DNA from: Candidatus Latescibacterota bacterium
GTDB lineage: Bacteria > Latescibacterota > UBA2968
Assembly: GCA_965222605.1 (NCBI GenBank)
Contig: OZ244960.1
Span: 768,001 to 832,000 of the forward strand
Reading direction: 5' to 3'
DNA length: 64,000 nt
Under the pieces are notes generated by a model. The model was not told the DNA's origin, did not search any database, and saw nothing but the letters and a program-made list of their open reading frames with translations. The position numbers and the translations under genes were made by a program. Shown here piece after piece: positions 40,447 to 50,362 of this stretch; position 1 is the stretch's first letter, and each line of letters begins with the position of its first letter.

Positions 40447-41718
40447 CTACTCCGGTTTGACCAGCCGTATTCGACCAGTTAGAAGTTGCTGCATCATTCC
40501 CTGCTTGATAGCACGGGCCTTGTCTTTCCGTTGTTCCAGTTCGGCGATTTCAGCATCCATGTCGGAGAGGACAGCGGCGATAGCTCGTTGTTCATCGATA
40601 ATGGGAATTTTAAAACCCAGTCCACCAAAAGTTTTCTTCGAGACAATGCTTGTTGCTGTTATGCCAGCCTTGGCTAATAGGTATCGCGTGTTGAGTTCGA
40701 ATAGATAGTAGAGAAACTCAGCACTATGAGCATCGTTTGGAATTATCGCATTGATTTGCTGATTACAACTACCCTTGGTCTTGAGAATCGCGTTCTTTCC
40801 GATGCTAGCAATGCATGTAACAAGTACACAATTTGCAGGGAGCATTCTTATCGAATTCAAACCTTCCTGCGTAAGCATCCGCTCAGAAGAAATCATGTCT
40901 CGCTCAGAAGAAATGTCAGTCGGGGTAATCCACGGATATTGTTCACCCCAAAAGGCATCGATATCAGTGCGAGGTGTTGCTCCAGTTACGATATCACCAA
41001 ATTCAGATACTCGTTTCGTCTCCCACTTCCCAATGAACCCCGGTAGGCGGGTCTTACCGGTGAGAAGTTGCTGCATAGCGGCCTGCTTGACGGCTCGCTT
41101 TTTGGCGATCAGTGCCTCCAACGCGCCGAGCAATCCATCCACATCCGACAACGCCTCGGCGATGGCACGTTGTTCAGGCTTTGGGGGTACTGCGATCCAT
41201 ACAGCCGACAGGGTTCGACCATTGGTCAAGGCACGCGTTGTGTATGTTGCATTTGATACTATCTGGGATCTAACTGCTCTAGGCGCAAAACAATACTGTT
41301 TGTAGTAGTCATCAAGTCGCCCATCGCGGGGCCGGGCGCGAAGGATAAAACCACTGAATACGGTATCACTGGGATCGTCGAGCATAACGGATGCAATGCC
41401 AACCTCCTCAACTGTTTCCGATGTACGCGTAAAGAACACATCTCCCAGCCGGACCCCAAAGTTTTTAATCTCCTGGGTACTTAGGTTTACCCGTCCAGAT
41501 AGATCGTCCATCCTAAGCCCCGGACTTTCAAAAACGTCCATGTAGTTGACGATGGGTTTCCCAGTACCGAAGAAATGCTTGGCTTTGTTTAGACCGTTCT
41601 TGAATACAAAGAGATCACCAAGACGCACTGCGTCCCAAGTATTGGGAAGTAAGCCAAGATCCGTCCGCTTGTAACCCATTGACTGCCTTTGGTGGACAGA
41701 AGTTTCATTCATACTCAT
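40447..41718 (-). CDS. hsdS: Type I RM specificity subunit
   Basis: Two TRDs with EQRAIA..LSD.D..I..K..KQ..MQQLLTG..RL conserved repeats. Confidence 0.94.
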   Translation of the reverse strand: MSMNETSVHQRQSMGYKRTDLGLLPNTWDAVRLGDLFVFKNGLNKAKHFFGTGKPIVNYMDVFESPGLRMDDLSGRVNLSTQEIKNFGVRLGDVFFTRTSETVEEVGIASVMLDDPSDTVFSGFILRARPRDGRLDDYYKQYCFAPRAVRSQIVSNATYTTRALTNGRTLSAVWIAVPPKPEQRAIAEALSDVDGLLGALEALIAKKRAVKQAAMQQLLTGKTRLPGFIGKWETKRVSEFGDIVTGATPRTDIDAFWGEQYPWITPTDISSERDMISSERMLTQEGLNSIRMLPANCVLVTCIASIGKNAILKTKGSCNQQINAIIPNDAHSAEFLYYLFELNTRYLLAKAGITATSIVSKKTFGGLGFKIPIIDEQRAIAAVLSDMDAEIAELEQRKDKARAIKQGMMQQLLTGRIRLVKPE

Positions 41719-41813
41719 ACCATCTCTATCTTCTTCAAATACTCCTCAACCTTTGCGCTGAACGCTACGGTGAGCCTCGGCGCAGCTTCAATCGCAAATA
41801 GTCCTCCGTCTCC
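41715..41813 (-). pseudogene. Stacked remnants: 3' end of an AlbA gene (41769-41813) and 3' end of an hsdM (41715-41762)
   Basis: ETEDYLRLKLRRGSP versus ATEDYLRLTLRRGSP at 29195-29240; FSAKVEEYLKKIEMV* versus LSAKVEGHLKKMGIAL* of hsdM. Confidence 0.82.
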
Positions 41814-41820
41814 AACTGGA

Positions 41821-42666
41821 CTATCCCTGACACAATTCGGCTATCATCGCCGCATTTTCGCCGAGTTGGTCGTTGAATTTTTGATACATCCCCACCAGCA
41901 GAATATCATTGGGCTTGATATTTTTTAGAGTAAAGTCAAACTCTTCGCGGATCTGATTTTTGGAGTTAATAGCGCGTCCAGCCGCGAGAACTTTGAAAGC
42001 GATGCACGGCTTATCAGTACTGCGAATAATCCGACACATGCGGTCGCGGTGTTCGCGGAGATAAATCTCGCCGAGGGGTTGGTAACCAAATTTCTGTTCA
42101 AAATCTTCGCGTGCGCCCTGCAAATAATACAGCGCAGTCATATAATAGTCGATATCCCAGTCTTCTTCCTCGGCAATCTCAATAATGCGGGGATTGTGTA
42201 CCGACAACCCAACCATAACGCCTGTGTTGCGAATACGCTTGAGAATATCCCGAAGGTGGTCCAGGCGATTCTCCTGAAAGCATCGTCCACCAACACCACT
42301 TCCGTGAGGTGCCATGCCAATGGGATTGTGTTTGGCGGCTTCGTCAATCAGCGAGGGATCGTCATACCAGTATCCACCTCTGCTGAGACAGAAGTAATGA
42401 ATTGCCCCCCCCTCATCCCGGTATCGCTGAAGATCGGCAGCCGAGCGTTCGGTAAGGGTATTTTGCCAGGCGTTAATACCCACTTCTTCAGCGCGGCGCA
42501 AGGTCGCCATAACCTGATCGGAAGTATTGACTTCTTTCTGATGTTCCGAGAGCAACTGATTGAAATGTGCATATCCATAGATCGGATTGTCGCCCATAAT
42601 GAGACGGCTGATCTGATATTGTCCGAATTGAACAGTAGGAAGATTCATCGCATTTGATACAGACAT
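41821..42666 (-). CDS. Aldo/keto-reductase-like (TIM barrel) conserved protein
   Basis: LP.V.FG...ISRLIMG.N, G..VGLSVH.P, KPCIAFKVLAAGR; AAGGAG RBS. Confidence 0.6.
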   Translation of the reverse strand: MSVSNAMNLPTVQFGQYQISRLIMGDNPIYGYAHFNQLLSEHQKEVNTSDQVMATLRRAEEVGINAWQNTLTERSAADLQRYRDEGGAIHYFCLSRGGYWYDDPSLIDEAAKHNPIGMAPHGSGVGGRCFQENRLDHLRDILKRIRNTGVMVGLSVHNPRIIEIAEEEDWDIDYYMTALYYLQGAREDFEQKFGYQPLGEIYLREHRDRMCRIIRSTDKPCIAFKVLAAGRAINSKNQIREEFDFTLKNIKPNDILLVGMYQKFNDQLGENAAMIAELCQG

Positions 42667-42687
42667 GTTATTGCTCCTTCGCTTTAT

Positions 42688-45111
42688 TTATAGTGCTATC
42701 CCCATCTTCTTCAAATGCCCCTCAACCTTCGCACTCAAATCATCCACCTCCCGCTCCAACTCTGGAAGCGGACGGGCATAGCGCTCATCCAATTCCTTAA
42801 TACGCCCGGTGAGTTGCTGCGTAAGCCGCTGCACCTCTTCCTGAATATCGGCATAGATGCTTGCGAACCACTTGTCCTCAACCACCAGCGTCTTAATCTC
42901 AGTCTCGGTGAGCATCGCATAGCGGGTCAGCACTTTTTGATCTAGCGCGGACTGGTTATCTCTCACGGCCTTGCTCGCCCTGGACTCAATGCCAATCAGA
43001 TCCAGGCAGCGCGTGAGCGCATCTCGTTCTTCGTCACTATCCGGTTCGTCCCGGATAATTTTAAGCCGCGTCGTCACTCCGGTCTTCGTGACCTTGCCTT
43101 TGTCATTGGCGGCGTCCTGCAGCAACCCCTCCTCGCCCGTGTGTTCTTCCACAAATTCCTCCACCCCGCGGGCAGCGGTCTCTTGATCAACTTGTAGTGC
43201 CTCAATCATAGCCTGATCTGCAGCGAAGTAGCGCGCGACGATCAACCCCGGAGGAATCAGATCCATTTTGTATTTATTCCGCTTAATAGTCAAGTCTGGC
43301 GTCTCTTTGATCTTCTTTTCCTTATCCTCAATAATCCCGCGCGGTTTGGCGGCCTCAACCCAGCCGTCGTCGGCAATGAGATACACATCATCCTGCATAA
43401 CCTCGTCCCAATAGTCCATCAGCCGCTGGTAAATATCGTAAGTATCGAGCAATGGCAGATTGATGAAACGCGCGAGCAGGTCTTCCGACAAGGTGTGGAT
43501 AATATCCCTGGGATTAGCACCTGTATCAAGCCCTTTGAGGAGCGGCTCGTGGGTCTCCCGCCAAACATCCAGCAAATCCGAAACCTGCTTCATATAGGAC
43601 TTAAACTCATCGTGATCGAGAATCGCATCCTTCACCGTCTCAACCCGAGCCTCGCTGTATCCCACACGGCCATTACCTACAAATAACGCCTGACGCAATG
43701 AAGGAAAAACCTCCCAATAATCACCGAGCGCGTCAAGATCGCGGTCGGGGATACCACCGTGCAGATGTGCGTCGAGGTCGTGCAAATCTTCCAGGTCACT
43801 GGAGTCTATATAACGTGGGATATTGAGATTATAGTCATTAGCAGGACTGGCGATCTCGGCCACCGGCACCATGCGGGAATAGCGCGGCAACTCAATCTGC
43901 TTGTTGAACACATCAACAATCCGGTGTATATCCTGCGCGCGCAAGCGGTTCTTATTGCCATCCTTGAGGAACCCCTTACTCGCATCAATCATAAAGATAC
44001 CCGTGCGGGCATGTGCATTCTCCTTATCAATGACCAGGATGCACGCGGGAATACCAGTGCCGTAGAACAAATTGGCTGGCAGGCCGATAATGCCCTTAAT
44101 AAGACCGCGCTGGATGAGATTTCTGCGGATATTCGCCTCCTTATTGCCGCGGAACAAGACCCCGTGCGGCATAATGATCGCGCCCTTACCCTTGCTCTTG
44201 AGCGACGTAATGAGGTGCAGGAGGAAGGCGTAGTCGCCATTCTTTGCCGGGGGGATACCGTACGCAAAGCGCCCGTACTCGTCGTGCTCTGGATTGAGGC
44301 CACTGGACCACGCCTTGGCGGAAAAAGGCGGATTGGCGACCGCAAAATCGAAGGTCTTGAGCTTGTCATAAGGATCCTTAAAATACGGAGAGGCCAGCGA
44401 GTTGCCCCTATGCAACTCGGCTGTCTCATGGCCGTGCAAGATCATATTCATTCGCGCGAGCGACCAGGTGGCATTGTCCATCTCCTGCCCATAGATGGTG
44501 ATGCCATTTGGAGTCTCATCCGCGGCCTTGAGCAGCAGCGAGCCAGAGCCGCAGGTCAGATCGTAAATCGTCTCGTCCTGACGAGTGTGCGAGCCGATGC
44601 CGACCACCTTCGCCATAATGCGCGACACCTCAGATGGCGTGTAAAACTGCCCCTTGCTTTTACCGGACTCAGTGGCAAAGTGCATCATCAGGTACTCGTA
44701 CGCATCGCCCAGCAGATCATCGCCCTCGGCTCTATTGGCGCGGAGGTCGAGACCTTCGAATATGGCGACCAACTTCGACAGCCGATCCTGCATCTCCTTA
44801 CCCGAACCGAGCTTGCTCTCGTCATTGAAGTCAGCCTGATCAATGACGCCCTGGAGATCGTTCGCCTCGGCGAGGCGGCTGATAATCTTGTTAATCTTGT
44901 CGCCTATCTCCTTGTCGCCCTTCAACTTCACCATATCGGCGAAACTACCCTCAGCGGGCACTTCAATGAGCGCGTTGGGCTTGTCCGAGATGTATTTCAT
45001 GAACAGCAACGTCAGGACGTAGTCCTTGTATTGCGAGGCGTCCATACCACCACGCAACTCATCGCAGCTTTGCCAGAGTGATGAATAGAGCTGAGATTTT
45101 TTTATAGCCAT
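42688..45111 (-). CDS. hsdM: Type I RM N6-adenine methyltransferase (long form)
   Basis: LW.SCDELRG.MD.SQYKDY, GQFYTP.EVS, YD.TCGSGSLL, ANPPFS, PHGVLFRG, NLNIPRYI. Confidence 0.96.
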   Translation of the reverse strand: MAIKKSQLYSSLWQSCDELRGGMDASQYKDYVLTLLFMKYISDKPNALIEVPAEGSFADMVKLKGDKEIGDKINKIISRLAEANDLQGVIDQADFNDESKLGSGKEMQDRLSKLVAIFEGLDLRANRAEGDDLLGDAYEYLMMHFATESGKSKGQFYTPSEVSRIMAKVVGIGSHTRQDETIYDLTCGSGSLLLKAADETPNGITIYGQEMDNATWSLARMNMILHGHETAELHRGNSLASPYFKDPYDKLKTFDFAVANPPFSAKAWSSGLNPEHDEYGRFAYGIPPAKNGDYAFLLHLITSLKSKGKGAIIMPHGVLFRGNKEANIRRNLIQRGLIKGIIGLPANLFYGTGIPACILVIDKENAHARTGIFMIDASKGFLKDGNKNRLRAQDIHRIVDVFNKQIELPRYSRMVPVAEIASPANDYNLNIPRYIDSSDLEDLHDLDAHLHGGIPDRDLDALGDYWEVFPSLRQALFVGNGRVGYSEARVETVKDAILDHDEFKSYMKQVSDLLDVWRETHEPLLKGLDTGANPRDIIHTLSEDLLARFINLPLLDTYDIYQRLMDYWDEVMQDDVYLIADDGWVEAAKPRGIIEDKEKKIKETPDLTIKRNKYKMDLIPPGLIVARYFAADQAMIEALQVDQETAARGVEEFVEEHTGEEGLLQDAANDKGKVTKTGVTTRLKIIRDEPDSDEERDALTRCLDLIGIESRASKAVRDNQSALDQKVLTRYAMLTETEIKTLVVEDKWFASIYADIQEEVQRLTQQLTGRIKELDERYARPLPELEREVDDLSAKVEGHLKKMGIAL

Positions 45112-45136
45112 TTTTTAGTCCTTTACATCAACCGCC

Positions 45137-46204
45137 TCAATCAAATACGAGCACCGTGCGCGCCACTTTCCCCTGAACCATATCTTCGAACGCCTCATTG
45201 ATCTCGTCCAGAGGGCGAAAGCGCGATACCAACTCATCCAATTTAATCTTCCCCTGCCGATAGAGATCCAGAATCCACAAAAAATCAACGCGGGCGCGAG
45301 CAGCACCGTGCCACGAACCCATAATAGCGCGGTCGCGCAAAAGATCTGCGCCATCGACAGATATATCCTGCCCAGTTGGCTGCACCCCCACCACAATTGC
45401 GGTTCCAGTCGTCCGAACCGACGCGAACGCCTGCCTCACGAGCGCTGGAAAACCAACGACCTCAAACGCATAATCTGCCCCACCTCCTGTAATCTCCATA
45501 ATTCTTTGAACGGGATCTTCCCTATCCGCATTTACGAAATGCGTCGCGCCGAACTGCTCCGCCAACTCCAGCTTATACGGCACCTTATCCACCGCAATAA
45601 TCTTCCCAGCCGTAGCGAGAACACCGCCCTGAATAACATTGAGACCAACGCCCCCACAGCCGAACACAGCCATTGTCGCACCTGCTTCGACCTTCGCGCG
45701 GTTCACCACAGCGCCAATACCCGTAATAACCCCACAACTGATCAGACACGCTATCCGAAGATCTGTATCATCCGGTACCTTCACACACGCATCCGCCAAT
45801 ACAACCGACTGCTCGGTATATGTGGGTCGCCCGTGGTAATAAATCGTCCCATTTTTGGAAATGCGACTCGGCACACCCCCTTGATGAGTTTCACAAAGCG
45901 CCGGGCTGCCCTCGCTGCAATTCCGGCAATAGCCGCACATCGCATCGAGAGAGAGAATAATCTTATCACCAACTTGAACACTGGTCACGCCAGGACCAAC
46001 CTCTCTAACAACACCCGCGCCCTCGTGTCCCATAACCAGGGGGAGTCCGCGAGGCGTGATATGCCCATCTACATAGTGATAATCGCTGTGACAAACCCCT
46101 GCCCCGACAATATCGAGAAGCACTTCTCCCTCATGAGGAGATTCGATATCCACATCTTCAACAGAAACACGGGTATGGGGTTTGTAGAGAATAGCTGCTT
46201 TCAT
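45137..46204 (-). CDS. Zn-dependent alcohol dehydrogenase (class III-like)
   Basis: GVCHSD, GHEGAG, CGYCRNC..C, FGCGGVG; ATG at 46204 with AGGAGG RBS. Confidence 0.92.
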   Translation of the reverse strand: MKAAILYKPHTRVSVEDVDIESPHEGEVLLDIVGAGVCHSDYHYVDGHITPRGLPLVMGHEGAGVVREVGPGVTSVQVGDKIILSLDAMCGYCRNCSEGSPALCETHQGGVPSRISKNGTIYYHGRPTYTEQSVVLADACVKVPDDTDLRIACLISCGVITGIGAVVNRAKVEAGATMAVFGCGGVGLNVIQGGVLATAGKIIAVDKVPYKLELAEQFGATHFVNADREDPVQRIMEITGGGADYAFEVVGFPALVRQAFASVRTTGTAIVVGVQPTGQDISVDGADLLRDRAIMGSWHGAARARVDFLWILDLYRQGKIKLDELVSRFRPLDEINEAFEDMVQGKVARTVLVFD

Positions 46205-46217
46205 TTTTCCTCCTATG

Positions 46218-47546
46218 CTAAAATGCAAGAGAATCCAGCGGATCCATATCCCGCTCCAAAAGTGCCCCCCATGCGAGCAATTCTTCATCGCAGTGAAACG
46301 GAGCGACAAACTGAATCCCCAGAGGCATCCCCGAATCGGACGCTCGTCCCGCAGGCAAAGCGATCACCGACATCCCCGTATGGGTCCACGGCAGGTTCAT
46401 ACAGGGATCCCCCGTACTCGCTAGACCTTTCAGAGCCGCGCCCGTCGCCGACGGACAGGCAAGGAGATCAATCCCCTCTGCCTTCATCAAAGACTCGACC
46501 TCTTCGCGCAACTCTATGCGACCAATTCGACCCGCATCGATCTCGGATTGCGAAAGCGCGCGCCCCTCCTCGACCAGCGCGCGCGTACCCGCATCGTAAG
46601 TCGAAGCGTATTTGTCGAACCACGGCGCGTGAACCTCTGCCATCTCCCCCTTCATCATATTGCGGTGTCGATCATCGATATCGGCAATATCGTCGAACAT
46701 CCGCACTTCCACGACATTGTACTCAGCCGCTCGCAGAGCCTGTACCTGCGCGTCGAAATCCACCCGCGCCTGTGGCTCTGTTTGATCCAAATACGGACCC
46801 ACGGGTATTCCCAACGTCGGCTTTTCCGACCTCGTAACAGAAGCACGCCATCCGCTACACAAAACAGCGGCTGCCATCTCCGTACCCGCGACATCCTGCG
46901 TGAACATCCCAATCGTATCGACTGACGGAGAGCAGTGAACAAATCCGGAAATATCGATACGCCCATAACTCGGCTTAAAGCCGACAATCCCGCAAAACGC
47001 AGCCGGACGGATAACCGAACCAATAGTCTGCGAACCGAGCGCAAGAGGACAATACCCGGCCGCCACCGCCGCAGCCGAACCACTACTCGACCCACCGGGC
47101 GTAAAACTCAGGTCCCGTGGATTGCGCGTTGGCCCCGGCTTAAAACACGCGAACTCCGTCGTAACCGCTTTGCCGAGAACGAGCGCACCCGCCTCCCGCA
47201 ACGCCTTTAAGCACCCGCCTTCGGCTCCTGTAAGAACCTCTGGCGGCACACCAGAACCCGCCCGCGTCTCGAATCCCTCAACATGAAAAATATCCTTGAC
47301 CGCAACCAACACGCCGAACAGCGGCGGAATCTCACCACTCGCAGCAGTCAGCCCAACAGCATCATCCAACAGACGCTGCACGCGATTCGCTTCCGGCAAC
47401 ATGGCCCGGATATCCCCATCCCATTCCTCTATGCGTTTGCAGCAAGTAGAGACGTACTCCTCCAAATCCCACTGTCCAGAACGCAACTCAGCGGCGATTT
47501 GAGCCAGCGGATGCGCCGCTACTTTTTGAGTGGTCCTCATTTGCAT
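46218..47546 (-). CDS. Amidase signature family protein
   Basis: VKD, GK..TTEFA, TPGGSSSGSAAAV, GSQT.GS.IRPAAFCG..G.KPS. Confidence 0.92.
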   Translation of the reverse strand: MQMRTTQKVAAHPLAQIAAELRSGQWDLEEYVSTCCKRIEEWDGDIRAMLPEANRVQRLLDDAVGLTAASGEIPPLFGVLVAVKDIFHVEGFETRAGSGVPPEVLTGAEGGCLKALREAGALVLGKAVTTEFACFKPGPTRNPRDLSFTPGGSSSGSAAAVAAGYCPLALGSQTIGSVIRPAAFCGIVGFKPSYGRIDISGFVHCSPSVDTIGMFTQDVAGTEMAAAVLCSGWRASVTRSEKPTLGIPVGPYLDQTEPQARVDFDAQVQALRAAEYNVVEVRMFDDIADIDDRHRNMMKGEMAEVHAPWFDKYASTYDAGTRALVEEGRALSQSEIDAGRIGRIELREEVESLMKAEGIDLLACPSATGAALKGLASTGDPCMNLPWTHTGMSVIALPAGRASDSGMPLGIQFVAPFHCDEELLAWGALLERDMDPLDSLAF

Positions 47547-47559
47547 AATCCTCCCAAAA

Positions 47560-49491
47560 TCACCAACCGTTAATCTTATGGCCCTGACCGGGAAACCAGA
47601 TAAAATCCACAATTGCACCGCAGGCAATAGCCGCCAAAAAACCGACCATGAACCCCATAAAAAGCGGCGTATTGCGCCGGTAACTCTCAAGACCGCCAAA
47701 GCGCAAAATCAATGTCTTGCACAACCACACAATAAAAATCGACGAAATACCACTGCGCAAAACATCGGATGCTGAAATCGCAAAACCGATGGGATGCAGC
47801 GCAATCCCCGGAAAACGGTAGCGAAGCGCGTACAAACCCAGTGTAAAAATCGCACCAAACCCCAGCCACCCCAAACGCATCCAGTCCGTCCCTAACGCAT
47901 TATCCCGAATGCGGTTGGCCGTCAGAAGCCACACCCCAATCCCCCCATCGCCCGAGCCATTAAAACTCACGCTACCAAAATTATAACTGCCCACCGTGTA
48001 ATTGCCCTGATAAATGATAAACACAAAAACCGCCAGCGCGCCAGCGATAAACGCCATGCCCACAGCAGGCGGCACAAGCCTCCGACCGCTGTGACCCATT
48101 GCCTGCCCAAGCCGCGGAATATGCGCCAGCGTTGTCACGCCAATCGTCTTCGCATCGGCGAAAAACGTGTACGCCAGACCGAGCGCCATCGCATTCATCG
48201 GCCCAATACCCGTTATCCCCAAAATATGCCAGGTAAAAGCCTGTGCGGTAATCGGCGTTCGCAAATAAATCAGACCAGTCTCCACAATAATGCGCGCCAG
48301 ACCGATATAAAGCACCAGCGTCGCCCCCCAAAAAGCCAGTGCAGCCCACCCCGAAAGCCCGAGTTCCCAGAAAAACAACACACTGAACAGAACACAAGCT
48401 ATAAAAACAAACACCGCCGTGCGATACGAAAAAAGCTCACCCGAATCATCCACATCGCCCCCGCGCGCAGTAAACGCCTTCCGAAAAACCGCAGACAGAT
48501 GATCCCGCGCAACCCACAGCCCCCATAATACAAATGCCAGCAAGCCACCAAAACTCTGCCATCCCACAGCTGGATGATAAGAACACCACGGATCAGGCGA
48601 CCCCATCTCAAATCCCAAACGGTTCATCAGCCCCACTTGCAGCACCATCACCAGATGAAAAAACCAGATGCTGAACAGCACATTGGACTCCGTAAAATAA
48701 CCAAACGCAATCGTCATAGGATTCGTCTTAAACCGCAGATATGGAAATCCTTCGCCAATGAAAATTTGCCGATCAATATTGGCCTGAAGCGGCGGAATCA
48801 ACTCGGTAAACCAGGAAACAATATCCCATGCAAACAGACAAAAAACGACAAAAAACCCGATCTTGAAACGCGGATTGCGCAACAGATCCATCAGCGTGCC
48901 CCGTTGCCCGTGTTCCCCGGTGAGTTCCAACAGGCCTGCAGCCAGAGGAAAAGGCAAACGCTCGTAATCCATCCACTGCCGCCGAAAGACCACCATAAGA
49001 CACAAATTGGCAGCAAAAAACGCTAAAAAGAAACACCCCCACCAGAAAAGAGGAACGATCCAACTCCCCCACGGAAAAGCCGTCCCTGCCGGCAAACCCT
49101 CGTAAAAAGCAACCGCGGCGTTGTGATCGGAAACAACAGACCAATCGGACAAACGCGTAAGCAGTGTATCTGCCCAGCCATTTTCGGGAGAGGCAAAATA
49201 GATCGGTGCCGTGATCACGCCGAGAAAATATCCCGCAAGCCACTCGCCCTGCGTCAAAGCAGAAACCATCCCCATCGAAGCGATGAGAATAAGCTCAGAA
49301 GGCGTAAGCCCCTTACTTTTGCGAGAAAAATGGAGATTGATCAACAGCAATAAGAGAAAAGGAAGGAGAATTGCAACGGAGAGATGCGCGTAATCTGCAC
49401 GCGCAGATTGGAGGATATACGTGGTATAAGAAGGCCATAAACTAACGAGGACAGAGATGAACAACCCGATGAGAAAGGCGCGTACCGTCAT
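47560..49491 (-). CDS. Polytopic membrane protein, DUF6785/DUF6784-like (paralog of 4164..6116)
   Basis: RRQW.DYERL.FPL, RIIVETG, LHPIGF, PLFMGFMVG, WFPGQGH..W. Confidence 0.7.
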   Translation of the reverse strand: MTVRAFLIGLFISVLVSLWPSYTTYILQSARADYAHLSVAILLPFLLLLLINLHFSRKSKGLTPSELILIASMGMVSALTQGEWLAGYFLGVITAPIYFASPENGWADTLLTRLSDWSVVSDHNAAVAFYEGLPAGTAFPWGSWIVPLFWWGCFFLAFFAANLCLMVVFRRQWMDYERLPFPLAAGLLELTGEHGQRGTLMDLLRNPRFKIGFFVVFCLFAWDIVSWFTELIPPLQANIDRQIFIGEGFPYLRFKTNPMTIAFGYFTESNVLFSIWFFHLVMVLQVGLMNRLGFEMGSPDPWCSYHPAVGWQSFGGLLAFVLWGLWVARDHLSAVFRKAFTARGGDVDDSGELFSYRTAVFVFIACVLFSVLFFWELGLSGWAALAFWGATLVLYIGLARIIVETGLIYLRTPITAQAFTWHILGITGIGPMNAMALGLAYTFFADAKTIGVTTLAHIPRLGQAMGHSGRRLVPPAVGMAFIAGALAVFVFIIYQGNYTVGSYNFGSVSFNGSGDGGIGVWLLTANRIRDNALGTDWMRLGWLGFGAIFTLGLYALRYRFPGIALHPIGFAISASDVLRSGISSIFIVWLCKTLILRFGGLESYRRNTPLFMGFMVGFLAAIACGAIVDFIWFPGQGHKINGW

Positions 49492-49500
49492 AAAGCATCC

Positions 49501-50306
49501 TCACTCGCCAATAAAAAATGTCACAGTCTTCTCAGCGGTTTGCCCGGTATTCAAATCAGTAATCGCGACCGCAATTTCATAGCGCCCCGGTTTTGACTCG
49601 CCCGGGTCAATCTCCAGATAATTGTACTCGTCAGACACTGTGCCCGTCCGCTCATAAGAAATCGTACGCTCCTTTACCCGCACGACCTCCGCATCTGTCT
49701 CAAATCGGATATCCGACCTTTTACTCACATGCGCGGGTTCGCCATAACGGATATACACATCGCCGCGCCTGTCCCATTTCCGTCCATCTTTTGAAAAATT
49801 TTGCATCCTCGCGATATGTGGGAAATTCCCGCTGACAGATCGCTAAACGCGAGCTGCCCCGTCTTATACTCGGGCACCACAATGGGAAACACCGCCCGTC
49901 CCTGGCGGTCATTGCCCACGGCTTTGACTTCCAGAACCGCGTGATAATACCCCACTGGAACCTGAAATCGCGCGATATCATAGACAAAATGTTCTGGATC
50001 GTCGATCCGCTCAGCAGAAGAAAATACGCGTTCCCCCTCTATCCTCTTGACCGAATTGCCATCCTCATCGAACAACTCGAGACGCGGGACATAACGCGCA
50101 ACAAAGAGACTATCGCCCTGTGCATCAAATGCGAGATGCGCCGCGGGAAAACGGATGACAACCTCTTCATAAGGACCATCATCTCCGCGGAAGCTACATG
50201 CATCGACTTCGAGCGCAAGACTACCCTCTGAAGATACCCATCCCTCTTCAGCGGTCGCCCGCAATGGGAGAAACACGAAAAATATGAAAAGAATTAAAAA
50301 GCGCAT
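49501..50306 (-). pseudogene. GWxTD-domain protein collapsed by internal deletions
   Basis: Signal peptide and N-terminal domain to LAFSDL; out-of-frame WDRRGDVYIRYGEP (GWxTD core) joined directly to a C-terminal PGRYEI.V.ITDLNTG..F segment. Confidence 0.65.
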
Positions 50307-50330
50307 AGCCCCTACATCTACCTTATCTGA

Positions 50331-50360
50331 CGGGCGGGCACAGAGGCACCGCCCCTACAT
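50331..50360. repeat. REP-like short palindrome
   Basis: GGGCGG..CCGCCCCTAC, similar to GGGACGG..CCGTCCCCTAC at 25476-25501. Confidence 0.45.
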
Positions 50361-50362
50361 TT

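Noticed and set aside
40447-41718. Phase-variable (invertible) hsdS
   Set aside because: Only one hsdS, with no inverted silent TRD copies, recombinase or simple-sequence tract seen
29182-45111. Prophage or integrative element carrying the RM locus
   Set aside because: No integrase, tRNA target or exact att duplication; the flanking repeats are diverged gene-end alleles
43759-46837. Long plus-strand ORFs (440 aa and 509 aa)
   Set aside because: Antisense to hsdM, the dehydrogenase and the amidase, which carry clear family motifs
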